A stretch of DNA of 63,536 nucleotides, filler included, from Collodictyon triciliatum (Eukaryota), in the NCBI GenBank assembly GCA_043381765.1. It is 4 parts of 4 records of this genome, joined end to end, with 100 filler letters (N's around TTAATTAATTAA, not from the genome) between each part and the next. Parts side by side here need not be neighbours in the genome. Positions count along the whole stretch, not along the records: positions 38,594 to 56,224 come from JBHJMP010000413.1; positions 56,325 to 63,536 come from JBHJMP010000418.1; 2 more parts are not named here. One strand, 5' to 3'. The notes beneath the pieces are model-generated. The model had not been told where the DNA came from. It made no database searches and saw only the letters and a list, made by a program, of their open reading frames with translations. Of this stretch, positions 44,741 through 56,775 are shown in pieces (position 1 is the first letter of the stretch; each line of letters starts with the position of its first letter). The translations under genes were made by a program, and so were the position numbers.

Positions 44741-46972
44741 GAAAAGATAAGAAAAATAAAAAACATAAAATCAGTTACATGAGCTTCAGTAGACACCTCT
44801 CACGCATGCATTAATATTCATTTGGATAAAACACTTCAAGCTCCTTACCACATACCAACAAAAAGGCAGCCGGAGCGAGGCAACGATTTATGTGGGCGAG
44901 GATGAGCTGTTGTCGAGTGTGTATTTCCAGCCGAGTCGGGGGGGGGGGGGGNNNNNNNNNNNNNNNNNNNNNNNNNNNNNNNNNNNNNNNNNNNNNNNNN
45001 NNNNNNNNNNNNNNNNNNNNNNNNNNNNNNNNNNNNNNNNNNNNNNNNNNNNNNNNNNNNNNNNNNNNNNNNNNNNNNNNNNNNNNNNNNNNNNNNNNNN
45101 NNNNNNNNNNNNNNNNNNNNNNNNNNNNNNNNNNNNNNNNNNNNNNNNNNNNNNNNNNNNNNNNNNNNNNNNNNNNNNNNNNNNNNNNNNNNNNNNNNNN
45201 NNNNNNNNNNNNNNNNNNNNNNNNNNNNNNNNNNNNNNNNNNNNNNNNNNNNNNNNNNNNNNNNNNNNNNNNNNNNNNNNNNNNNNNNNNNNNNNNNNNN
45301 NNNNNNNNNNNNNNNNNNNNNNNNNNNNNNNNNNNNNNNNNNNNNNNNNNNNNNNNNNNNNNNNNNNNNNNNNNNNNNNNNNNNNNNNNNNNNNNNNNNN
45401 NNNNNNNNNNNNNNNNNNNNNNNNNNNNNNNNNNNNNNNNNNNNNNNNNNNNNNNNNNNNNNNNNNNNNNNNNNNNNNNNNNNNNNNNNNNNNNNNNNNN
45501 NNNNNNNNNNNNNNNNNNNNNNNNNNNNNNNNNNNNNNNNNNNNNNNNNNNNNNNNNNNNNNNNNNNNNNNNNNNNNNNNNNNNNNNNNNNNNNNNNNNN
45601 NNNNNNNNNNNNNNNNNNNNNNNNNNNNNNNNNNNNNNNNNNNNNNNNNNNNNNNNNNNNNNNNNNNNNNNNNNNNNNNNNNNNNNNNNNNNNNNNNNNN
45701 NNNNNNAAAACTAGGAGCCGTCCATCCAACCCCCCCCCCCCCCTCGGTAGTAGCAGCAGATCGAACAGTTCCCTTTCCCTTGGTTGTTTTGTCTCGTGTT
45801 CTTAACCATGACCTTCGCAGGATTCAGAGCGTAAGATAAATTTAGTGAAAATCAGATACAAAAGATGATTTCTATATAATTGTTTGACACGAAGTGATTC
45901 AAAATATGACTAAACAAAGGCTATTAGAATACATAACTCCTAAAAAATATTCATATATCATCGTTGCTTAGTAATTAATATTTCGATATTAAATCATCGG
46001 TTTTCTCTCTTCAGCTGGTATGTTCTTATAAACCCAAGTATGACTATCGTTATTCGTTCATATGTTACTTCTGATTCGTCATTAAACAAGCCCATCGGAA
46101 ACCAAGATAAAATGAAACATAGATTTCGAGATTATTATGATACTGATATATAAACACCTCTTTTTGCTTAAATGTTTTTCGATTGAATCAGATTCAAAAA
46201 ATAAACAATTAAAAAATGTGATGTATTGAGCTATTCTGATATTAGCCACATTAGCGATGGAGCACGAAACAGACATAAATTTATAAAATTTTTATTTCAA
46301 TCACGCAAAATAAAATGATGTAAAATTAAAGCATTTGTTTAATATAATCTTTCATTTCAGGTAACGTAATAAACCGTGAGCCACACAACTTCATAAGCAA
46401 GCAGCTTCGTCTACTTTCGGTCATATTGGGTATTCAGAGGCCTTCAACTCGCTCCTGGATGGTATAAACGAATGATTATCTTTCTCGTCAATGTGGGCAT
46501 AATAATGAACACAATTATTATATACATCAATATTATATTATTCAGAATGAAAGCAATTCAGTTGCGCGGTGGCTTCAGGTGATTACGGTTTTTGCAATAG
46601 GATAAGAATAGACTGAAGGAACAATCAAAGTCAACAGAATTCATATAGTCCCTGTATCAATCAATTTCCATGTGTGAGATAAAAATACAAATTCATTATC
46701 AAAACCTCTTTCGCTTTCGTTTACTTCAGCAGCCCATCAAGAGGCATGAATGTAACAATTCCTATATGAATAAAAAAAAATAAGACATCGGAATGATAAA
46801 TGAAAAATGATGCTGCCTCTAAATAGTATTTAGTAGACCTTATGTTGAAAATATCGAATTACATATAAGACGACATAATCGTAGTGTCTATTCGTTTCCA
46901 TATAAAAATTATAAACGCTCAAAAATTGAATTAATTATATTCTAAAATGTATCACGTCTGAAATTATCGATG

Positions 46973-47059
46973 TGTTATTAGAAATACTTTTTTTTTATTC
47001 TTCCTTTCAACTTTTGTGCAGGACCGAGGGGGGATGTTGGCATGTTATTAGAAATACTT
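46973..47059 (-). mobile_element. 53-bp retroposed insertion with a short poly(A) and a 17-bp target-site duplication, family copy 2
   Basis: TGTTATTAGAAATACTT occurs at 46973-46989 and 47043-47059. The insert on the minus strand ends ...GTTGAAAGGAAGAATAAAAAAA and matches 43820-43862. Confidence 0.85.
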
Positions 47060-47465
47060 GAATTTATTAACTTGTGTAAGGCTCTCCAAAACAATTCAAA
47101 CGTCTCGTTTTTTTCATCAAAAATTCGCAGAGCAGAATACCATAGCCTATGGTCGGATTAATGTCTGTATTTTTATAAAAATATAATTATAGATAAATAA
47201 GTGATTGGTAACATAAGACACCGAATTCACTAGCCTCTCCAAAAAAAAATGTGTGCTGTATAAAGATAAGGGAAATAAACCTGGTATTTATCGGTTGAGT
47301 TTATTTTTCTCACACGGCAGAATGTCTCTTCATACAATAGTTTTGTGCATGATTATAAGGGTTAGAGACTATGAATGTGCACAATCTTTGCTACTAATGT
47401 GATATGAATCCCCATTTCCACAACTGATTATTTTACCATCTTCACATTCTTCATTAATCAGGCCA

Positions 47466-49990
47466 TGTGAGAAGAGATGTGTGTAAAGAAACCGAGAAAG
47501 TGATTTATATGATGCCATCCAGCCTGTTATCAGAAATGGGTGGCTGGTTGTTGAATCTTGCTTTGCGTGAGTATATGCGCGCTATCCACATAGTCCATAT
47601 CAAATTTCCTCGCGTCACTACCCATAATGTTTTTGCATCTGGGCGCAGCTGTTGCAGAGGCCCAAATATCACCTGGATTGGGCCAATAGCCGCAGCCGTC
47701 TTGAGTGTCAGTCGAAGAATCTCACCGGCTGTTTCGTGCAGTTTTTGAGCGAAGGGACATTGCACAAATGTGTGCTCGATGGATTCATCACCGTTGCTGC
47801 AAAGTGTGCATTGTGGGGAGACTTTGCCAGCTTTTGCCGCGCGTGTGCCTATCCATAGCTCCCTATTGGTGATATTAAGCATTAGAGAGCGGTGATTTGG
47901 AAGGACTTGCGGGGTTCGTGCTTGTCTCCAGCTCGCGGTGAGCGGGGTGTGGGTGATGCCCAGTGTTTCTCCCCACCGTTGATGCTTTGACTTTTTGTAG
48001 GGTGTCGGCGGTGATATTTTGTATCGAAAGAATTTGGAGTAGGCCATAGCCATCGAGAACTGCATAGACTGCGCACCGTTGGACGAGCGTTCGTTCTTGA
48101 GGCGGAAGAAGAATGGCGACGGGATGCCGTATGAGATTGGTCTGCGTGAGCGCCATTTTCCTTTGTTATTCAGGACGGCTGTGGTTGGCTGTGCATCTTG
48201 TGTGCGGAATGCGGTGGAGCCTGGCGTTGTGATGTACGAGCCGTCTTCTTTGAATGATATTTCTCTGATGGTGGCCGCGTTGCCTTCGTGAACCTGTTTG
48301 ATGATGCAGAAGCCTTTCTGGTTATCCCAACATATTTGTCCTGCTGCCAATGGCTCGTTCAGGGGTATTGTCATTTCGCAGTGAGTATACAGAATCTGCC
48401 AACGCGAGAGCAAAGGCTCTGGTGTGTTTGGAGGTGGTCGTGGGATTGTTCTTTGTTGCAACTGTGTTTTGAAGTCTACACACAGTTTGGTGATGAGTTT
48501 CCACATCCCAATTTGCCAAAACCCTTTCGGCTGCATGAACATGTCCGTCCACCACCTCATGGTCAGTGATATCCATGCGGTTTTGGGTGTGATAAGTCCA
48601 ACGCCTCCTTCTGTGGCTGGCTTAATCAGTGTTTTGATTTTGTATTGCTGTCTCTTTGTTGTGATGNNNNNNNNNNNNNNNNNNNNNNNNNNNNNNNNNN
48701 NNNNNNNNNNNNNNNNNNNNNNNNNNNNNNNNNNNNNNNNNNNNNNNNNNNNNNNNNNNNNNNNNNNNNNNNNNNNNNNNNNNNNNNNNNNNNNNNNNNN
48801 NNNNNNNNNNNNNNNNNNNNNNNNNNNNNNNNNNNNNNNNNNNNNNNNNNNNNNNNNNNNNNNNNNNNNNNNNNNNNNNNNNNNNNNNNNNNNNNNNNNN
48901 NNNNNNNNNNNNNNNNNNNNNNNNNNNNNNNNNNNNNNNNNNNNNNNNNNNNNNNNNNNNNNNNNNNNNNNNNNNNNNNNNNNNNNNNNNNNNNNNNNNN
49001 NNNNNNNNNNNNNNNNNNNNNNNNNNNNNNNNNNNNNNNNNNNNNNNNNNNNNNNNNNNNNNNNNNNNNNNNNNNNNNNNNNNNNNNNNNNNNNNNNNNN
49101 NNNNNNNNNNNNNNNNNNNNNNNNNNNNNNNNNNNNNNNNNNNNNNNNNNNNNNNNNNNNNNNNNNNNNNNNNNNNNNNNNNNNNNNNNNNNNNNNNNNN
49201 NNNNNNNNNNNNNNNNNNNNNNNNNNNNNNNNNNNNNNNNNNNNNNNNNNNNNNNNNNNNNNNNNNNNNNNNNNNNNNNNNNNNNNNNNNAACCCTCACT
49301 TTTTTTAGGATGATTTCGAGGGCTTCATGGTTCACATAGTCATATGCTTTTTCAAGGTCGTAGAATATCATGATGCGTGGGTTTTGGAGACTTGATATTC
49401 CATGTGTTCTTTGTTCACGAGCCATATGTTTGTGTCGATGTTCCTGCCACGCATGAATCCTAATTGTTCCTTTGATATGAGCCTGTCGGCGATATCAGAG
49501 ATTCGGTTTCTTAGGATTGTGGCAAATATCTTGTAGTCGTTGTTGAGCAGAGATATCGGGCGCCAGTCTCTGAGGTCAGTTGCATCCTCTTTCTTTGGAA
49601 TTAGACGCACCATTGCTTCTGTAAAGCCATCCGGGATGTTGCCTGCATCTGCAATCAGGCTATTTAGGAGACCCAGGAGGGATGTCTTGATGACTTGGAA
49701 GAAGGTGGCGTACGCTTCGCTAGGCAGACGGTCAGGGCCTGGTGCTTTGCGCTTTGGCATGGACTTGATTGCGCTCCACAATTCGCTGTCATCAATGTCT
49801 TTGACCATGGATTCTGCCTCCCTTTCGTTCACCACAGAGCAGTTGTTTGTTATCAGCTCGAGGGATGCACGGTCAAAATCTCGTTTCTTCCACACGTCGG
49901 CGTAGAAGTTTTGTATGTTTTTTTATTCTTCCTGTTAATTTTGTGCGAGATGGTGGGGATACGATCTCTGGTATAAAGTGTTTGTAGTTG
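47466..49990 (-). mobile_element. Decayed non-LTR retrotransposon (L1/Tx1-like LINE) ORF2: RT plus C-terminal zf-RVT; 5'-truncated, with an internal gap
   Basis: RT motifs KAPGPDRLPSE, LIPKK...DWRPISLLNNDYKIFATIL, EQLGFMRGRNI, YDLEKAYDYVNH; LIKPATEGGVG; zinc knuckle CTLCSNGDESIEHTFVQC; LIWTMWIAR. There is a frameshift near 49370-49425 and in-frame TAA codons near 49925-49937. No introns. Confidence 0.92.
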
Positions 49991-50077
49991 AAGGAACCAA
50001 AAAAAAAAAAAAGACAAAAAAAAAAACCAGATAAAACCAGAAAAAAGTTTAAAAAAACCACATAGAGAGCCACAACC

Positions 50078-50641
50078 ATGTCGCGGCCGTCGTCGCCCAC
50101 ACTGTCATCGGCCACGGTGGACCACAGCGACTCGCATCCCCTCCTGGCTTCCGATCGAGAGCCGCTCCACGTGCCGCCGTCTTCGGCCCGGCTGCAGTCT
50201 CCTCCGCCGGCAAAGGCAGCCGATCCGGGCCACACAAACACAAACACAAACACAAGTGCAAATGCAAATGCACACGCACACGCACACCCGCAAAGCCAAC
50301 GCCCGTCCTCGTCGCAGGTTTCGTCGCAGGCTTCGTCGTCGCTCCGCGTGCGTGGGCCGCAAAACTCGCCTCCGAGTCCGAGCCACACGCCCGCGGGGTC
50401 TGCGCCGTTCCTCACTGCGCCCACAAACGCCGTCACTGCAGCCGTGGCCTCTGCAGTCTCGGGCATCGCCTCGTCCTACCCTATCCTCCTCATCATCTCA
50501 AACATGGCCCCGGGCTCCGTCATCCCCCGCGACGTTTGGGTGGGATTGACCAGCCAGGCTCGTGTGGGCCATCTCTCGTGTGCCCCGCTCGGGTCCAAAC
50601 TCATCGCGTCTGCCGACAACCTCCGCTTCATGGTTGTATGA
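50078..50641 (+). other. GC-rich 187-aa ORF with a Pro/Ser/Ala-rich N-terminus; possible retroelement ORF1 fragment or first exon of an orphan gene
   Basis: GC content far above the background; the ATG follows an A-rich leader; lies head-to-head with the truncated LINE. No diagnostic motif. Confidence 0.35.
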
Positions 50642-50744
50642 TTTTGTGTTTCATGTCGCTTCACATCGCAGAACATATATATCTATTATTGCATGAATGA
50701 ACCAATTATTTGCACAATCATTAATTACAATTATATCCATGTTT

Positions 50745-50939
50745 ATGTGTATGTGTTTGTATTTGTGTTTGTATTTGTGTTTGTATTTGTGTTTGCATTT
50801 GTGTTTGTATTTGTGTTTGTATTTGTGTTTGTATTTGTGTTTGTATTTGTGTTTGTATTTGTGTTTGTATTTGTGTTTGCATTTGTGTTTGTATTTGTGT
50901 TTGTATTTGTGTTTGCATTTGTGTTTGTATTTGTGTTTG
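50745..50939. repeat. (GTATTTGTGTTT)n 12-mer array
   Basis: Read directly. Confidence 0.9.
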
Positions 50940-51066
50940 NNNNNNNNNNNNNNNNNNNNNNNNNNNNNNNNNNNNNNNNNNNNNNNNNNNNNNNNNNNNN
51001 NNNNNNNNNNNNNNNNNNNNNNNNNNNNNNNNNNNNNNNTTTTTTTTTTTTTTTTTTTTTTGTTTT

Positions 51067-51102
<36 letters not shown>

Positions 51103-51439
51103 GCAAGAAATCGCTGTTTTATGAATGTCCTTTTATCTTGAAAGACGCGTTTCGCATTTCGGCACTCGGGTTTATCTATGATAACAGCTTCACGCTGGAG
51201 TTGATTTGTAGAGATTCAATTTCGCTTGCTGATACGTTCCATGTTCAAGGGACAACTTATTACGGATTCTTTTTCATTCACGACGAACCTGAAGGTGCAA
51301 TAAAAAGTACGAATTCTCGAAGAGTTTTGAGGTATTTTAAATTTGGTAAATAATCATGTGTGTAATTATCAAAACATGTAACATCTGCTCTATTCTTTGA
51401 ATCGAATAAAGAGGGAAAAAATAACATCTGCTCTATTAT

Positions 51440-53283
51440 TTTTTAAGATGGCCATGCAAACCCAAAATTACGTGTGTAATATAATACTATTATCATCACT
51501 TGTTTTTTCTTACTTTTATATTCATTTTGCAAAAATAAAAATATGAAAATATTATTAGAAAATTAATTTCATATTTGTAAAGAACTGGGCCAGAGCTCTT
51601 TTCTCGGTCTTCCCTTTCACAAGAGGAAGCGACAATACTGAACTCCGTCCTTAAGAGACGAAAAACAGACATAGGCGAGCGTATGTGCCTCTCACATCAA
51701 ATATATTTGTACATACAAATCGAGGATTACATGAATACATATATGATTCGCATCTTATTATATAAATACTTTAGTATTAATGTCAGACTTTGAGAATCCT
51801 GCTGACCCCGACATCTTCCCTCTTATTTTTTCAAAATCGATGTCTTTGTATATAGATAGGGTTATTTATTTATATCTTATTTATTTGATACAGAATTTCT
51901 CCCCAATAAAACTGTGCAATTATTTACACGATAATAATGAAGTGCCCTCTTGATTTATTTATATTTTTGATTTCAGCACCGATAATTTGCCACTAAAGCC
52001 TTCTCTTCTTTTTTTACCTCCTTTTTTTCGTTATAGATTAGAATGCATTTGCAAGAAGGATTCAATTGGTCCCAAGAAAGGATATACAAAGTACTATCTG
52101 ATCCGTGTGTTGAAAAGAATATGTCTGAAAGACTTCAAAGGTTTCCAACCACTCATATATGAACCCGCACTCGATTCTTATGAATGTCTCTACCAAAGTC
52201 AAAATTTTGTTTAAAAAACAATTTAATGTCCTCAAAGTTCATTACGTTATGCTATGGAGAGATGGAAAGATAAGTACAAGGTAAGAAGCACCATCGCGCC
52301 TAAACAACCTCAACCCCTTGGGGTAAGCCCAGCAAGTAAGTCTTATGCCTGGCGAACAAGAACCTATCACCAATAGATATTATGTTAATAAATAAGCAAG
52401 GTCGCCGATAAGCAAATAAGCCATGTCAGTATGAATATCGTAATTCTCTTGCTTATAATATTGTATAAAAAGCGAATATTAGGTCGTGTAACAATCAAGA
52501 AAAAGAAAGCCCAAGCTTCAGTTATGCGAGCGGCAGTGCTGTTCCTTTGCAATTGCAGCAGAGTGTTCCCGAAAATAATACGTTTGGTAGCACTCTCCCT
52601 CCTTTTTTGTTGGGTGAATCATACGCTGAAAACGAAAGCTCATCAGAAGACTCGACATGCCAATATCAACAACCGTTCATGCCCTCAAACTACTTGGAAT
52701 CGCCTTTTAATGCAGAATTGAAAGAACTTAGAAAATCCCACCCAGAATCACATTTCGCGCTGGTTTGATTCACTCCATACCTTAAAAAGCATTTCGTGTC
52801 AATATATAATCATGTGAGTGAATTTATGCATCTCGTGTTTTATGTATTTCACGTATATACTTTTGTGCTTTGATGACTTTAAATAAAAAAAAACTTATTT
52901 GAACAACAACAACAAAAAAAAAGCTTCTTTTTAGGCAGCAATCATACGCCTTCCAACCTATTCAATTATCATACAAACCCAGTGAAAGTCTTACAACAAA
53001 TCAGCGGGAATATCTTATACAAGAGGTTTTCTTAATTTCTCTTGTCATAACCAACTAATGTCTCATCAACCTTTTTTTTTTTTTTTTACGAACTATAAGA
53101 TACAATCGATTTGATGGCTTGAATTCGACTTATTCTATTCCGTTAGTACTTTCGAAAAAGAATGATTTTGGAACCTGATGAGGACCTCCGTGGTTTACCT
53201 GCGTCTACACGACAACGACTTATTATGGAAGAGATTGATATCATCCTCCCATCTCTGAAGCCTTTTCTAGACCCACCAAAATA
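51440..53283 (+). CDS. Hypothetical orphan protein, multi-exon
   Basis: Exon-like segments (ECICKKDSIGPKKGYTKYYLIRVLKRICLKDF; LRYAMERWKDKYK|; FNAELKELRKSHPESHFAL|; MILEPDEDLRGLPASTRQRLIMEEIDIILPSLKPFLDPPK*); no family recognised. Confidence 0.35.
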
Positions 53284-53379
53284 AATCCCACGAAAAAATT
53301 TTTTTTTGAAAATAACAAAAAGACAAGAGAATGTGGTGTTATTTTCTTTATTTTCTTTCAATTGAATATTATTTTTTTA

Positions 53380-53608
53380 AGAGAGACATCTGGAGAGGGG
53401 CTGAGAAGGGGATGAAATCTCGCCTTGTCTTTCTCATGCAATCGCGAGACTATGGCCACAGGCACTACCGTAAGATGCAACTCCTTATTATCGACTTTTT
53501 TTTTTCGTACAACCCAGCCCCAAAAGCTGCATCCATGCAAACGATAGCTAGCGAATCAAATCCAAAACTTCCCGTCTTGCAGGCACAGAAAGGTGGTATA
53601 ATAATAAC
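53380..53608 (+). mobile_element. Retroposed 3' end, family copy 3 (diverged)
   Basis: GACTATGGCCACAGGCACTACCGTAAGATGCAACTCC...CCATGCAAACGATAGCTAGCGAA aligns with the reverse complement of 43820-43970; ends in a short (TAA)n run. Confidence 0.6.
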
Positions 53609-53764
53609 AAGCGAATGGGATGGCAATTTGCACGAATTTTTAGAAATTTCGTGCTACATTCCTATAGTTTGCAAATAATGTTTTCATTGATCAATGTTCT
53701 TGTACGGTTTTACATTTAGTACATATAGTGCCTCTTCCTTTTCTTTTTTTTCTTTTTTTTGAGT

Positions 53765-55833
53765 TTATTCTTCCTTTTTGTTAGGTTTCTTTGAAAATGT
53801 TTTAATAGCACCACGAACAATCTTGGTGAACCAGAATAAATTTAAGCTGTTGAAGACTGCATTAGCTACAACCCAGGAGAGATTTTCGAGGGGAAGAAGA
53901 TGTAATGAAGCAAATTAGCAAGTAAAATAAAATAAATGTATATGTTAATGGGTAAAGATTCCTGACATTTTTTTTGGAAAAAAAATTTTGAAGGAAAGTT
54001 CGGGTTATGGGAAATTGAATGAGCCTGGGCTCTCACCGCTGCAGTAGAAGTAAACCATGTAGCGAGGAACATTGGGATCACTGGAGAAAGTAATCCAAAA
54101 GTGAGCTGATGCATAAAGCCCGATAACAATGCGAATAACAAAAAACGTGAGTGCAAACAACAGACTGTTTGCCAGATAAAGTTTCGAGTCCTTGTGGTGA
54201 TGAAACGATGGTTAAAAAATACTTTGATTGTCGCTCGTGGTGTGAAATTAAGCTTATAGAAAATTCGATATGTTTACTTCAAGATGAAACTCCAAAATAA
54301 AAAAAAAGGGAGCATGTTCGATTAAGATTGCGTAATTTATCCCTTTTCTTTTTATTTTATTTCTGCTTCTTTTTTTTTTTTTTTGTTGATTTTTGAATAA
54401 ATTATTTTCGATCTATTGCTTGGATTGTTTTATATGAAATCAATTCTGGATGAAAATTTGACCCACTTTACTGCCAAACGTTGCGATAAGGTATCTCATG
54501 TTGAGCAAAGGGGTGCTGAGCTCCCAGAGTAGAAAGATACATCCATAGAATCGCATGAAAGGCCGCTATTGGATGTAAAATAAAAAATAACTGAGGTACA
54601 CATTTTGCATTTATAATCGTTATCGTTTATATATTTGTAATGAATAAAATATCGGACGTTTGACTTACATCAAGAGCAAACCCAAAATTAAAAGCAAATA
54701 TACTGCCAATACCATGAAGCAAGAAGCCAATACCCTTAATTAATTATTTTTAAAAAAAACTTCAATATAATGTATAAATCTGCCAACACAATAAATATCC
54801 TTCCGTCGCATGTAATCCAAGTTAAAAAAATGATTTCGCTTTTATTTGTACTAAAAATTAGTGCTGTTTGTGTGCGTTGTCATGAATATTTTTATAAAGA
54901 CGCTCCTTACATTCTGCTCGAAATGAAGAATGCACATGGCTGTGTCCCAAAAGAAATAACCGGCAGAGATGGCAATCAGGAAGGCTGCTGTGCTAGATTC
55001 GCTCCATATGTAATCAACCCAAATGCCCTACCGTGTGGACATAGGATTAGGAAGCATTTCTTTATCGTCCATGTTGGGTGCTTGATAGTAGGCAGACAAG
55101 GTGAAGAAATATTTAATTGGCTCAAAAAGAATTTGTTGGCAATTACCTTGTCTGTAGCAAGAACGTAGACAGCGCCGAGCGAAACAAAAGCAGCATGCGG
55201 GGTTGAAGTCAATCGAACGCATGCATCCACTTTTTCAGTATATGGAAGCTTCTCATAAGTCCTGAAAAAACCAAATAAGAATCATTAGAAAACAGACCAC
55301 GAAACACTTTACCAAAGGGTTGCAGGGTCGAATCTTTACATGATAGCACTGAAGTCACATGAATTAACCCAAACAAAGAAAATAAAAAAAAAGTGGCAAT
55401 GAAACGTTAGGGACAACTATAAAAAGTTAAAATAATAAACTAGGCCTGCAACCCAACCAGTAACTGTGAGGAGAAATTATGCAGAGGCACATCACATACG
55501 TCCTGGTGGATGGAAACAATCCAAACAAGAACGGGCTGATGTTGTACAGAATTGTCCAGAAAGCGAGGCTTCCTCCAATGATCGCCACTACCGAACCTTC
55601 ACCCTCATACATCGCGGCGCGCCACGAGATAGATTTGACAACTGCACAAATTGGTTTGGTTTGGTTTGGTTTGGTTTGGTTTGGTTTGGTTTGGTTTGGT
55701 ATATTGGTTCGGTTTGGTTTGGTTTGGTTTGGTTGATACCGGCACAGGGCTTATGATTGGCAGCCATCAGCCAGAATCGGCATGGATGCGCGCTAGACTC
55801 AGCCAGCAACGTGCGGCTTGGGAACGGCACCAT
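53765..55833 (-). CDS. TLC (TRAM/LAG1/CLN8) domain ER membrane protein, TLCD4/TMEM56-like
   Basis: Spliced: RLTSTPHAAFVSLGA, AISAGYFFWD, GIGFLLHG, FYGCIFLLWELSTPLLNMRY, LYLANSLLFALTFFVIRI, NSLNLFWFTKIVRGAIK, ending KKEE* (KKxx ER-retrieval signal). The start could be 55833, about 55767 or 55612. Confidence 0.9.
55652..55734. repeat. (TTTGG)n microsatellite, intronic
   Basis: Read directly. Confidence 0.9.
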
Positions 55834-56034
55834 GATTAACGTCTGGGAACAAGTGTGATTCCATCGGCGGGTGCAACATATAATTGTGGGTCATTGAAAA
55901 TGTTTTCTATACAAATGCGGAGTATATAATAATTGATGAGCATGAGTGCGCAGGATGGCGTATGATATCTGAAATCCAGTCTATCATTGACCAATAAAAG
56001 GATATTGTAAGTAAGCGTAGGCTAATATCAACTA

Positions 56035-56224
56035 CGGTTGTTGGCGACAGAGCTCGTTCTTAAGATGCTCTCTGAGCTTGATTATGCTCCCAACCGTCTC
56101 AGCGCGTCCGGCATCCTGTTTGGCGCACAATACCAAATGACCCACGACTCTAGAATACTCTGGACAGTCACAAGGGGACATATGCTGTGGGCCTTATGGA
56201 GTGTGCGTGCATTCTCTCGCTCTA
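56035..56224 (+). mobile_element. LINE ORF2 C-terminal fragment from a divergent relative of the 47.5-50 kb element
   Basis: GILFGAQYQMTHDSRILWTVTRGHMLWALWSVRAFSR aligns with QVIFGPLQQLRPDAKTLWVVTRGNLIWTMWIARIYSR; runs into a linker gap. Confidence 0.8.
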
Positions 56225-56324
56225 NNNNNNNNNNNNNNNNNNNNNNNNNNNNNNNNNNNNNNNNNNNNTTAATTAATTAANNNNNNNNNNNNNNNNNNNN
56301 NNNNNNNNNNNNNNNNNNNNNNNN
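56225..56324. other. Artificial scaffold linker N-TTAATTAATTAA-N
   Basis: Linker at 56269-56280. Confidence 0.9.
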
Positions 56325-56775
56325 ACAAAAACAATAAAAACAATAAAAACAATAAAAACAACAAAAACAACAAAAACAACAAAAACAACAAAAACAACAA
56401 AAACAACAAAAACAACAAAAACAACAAAAACAACAACAACAAAAACAAAAACAAAATAATTAAAGTCATCGCGACGGTTTTCAAGCGTTTTTTTTTTTAT
56501 TTAACTCATCAACACGCAGATACAAAACAGGACACCCAAGAGAACCCCACTGCCACGATTATTCGAACGCGAAAGCAAATCGAAACCGCAGCGCAAAAGG
56601 ACACAGCAAAAGCCACAACACAGAAAGCGTGGAAGGCTGGATTCAAAATTCAAAACAAAAGTACGAAAATTCATAAAATTCCAGGCCATTTTGTCCATCC
56701 ATATATGTATATTAGACGATTGGACATCCAACAACGAAATAAGAGACAAGTGATTTTGATATCTATTTCTGGAGT

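Noticed and set aside
49291..49300. AACCCTCACT at a gap edge, matching part of the T3 promoter
   Set aside because: Only 10 bp and compatible with the RT reading frame; cannot be told from chance
49920..49940. In-frame TAA codons in LINE ORF2 suggesting a reassigned stop codon
   Set aside because: The conserved host exons I read contain no in-frame TAA/TAG and genes end in TAA/TAG; the LINE is also frameshifted, so this is decay
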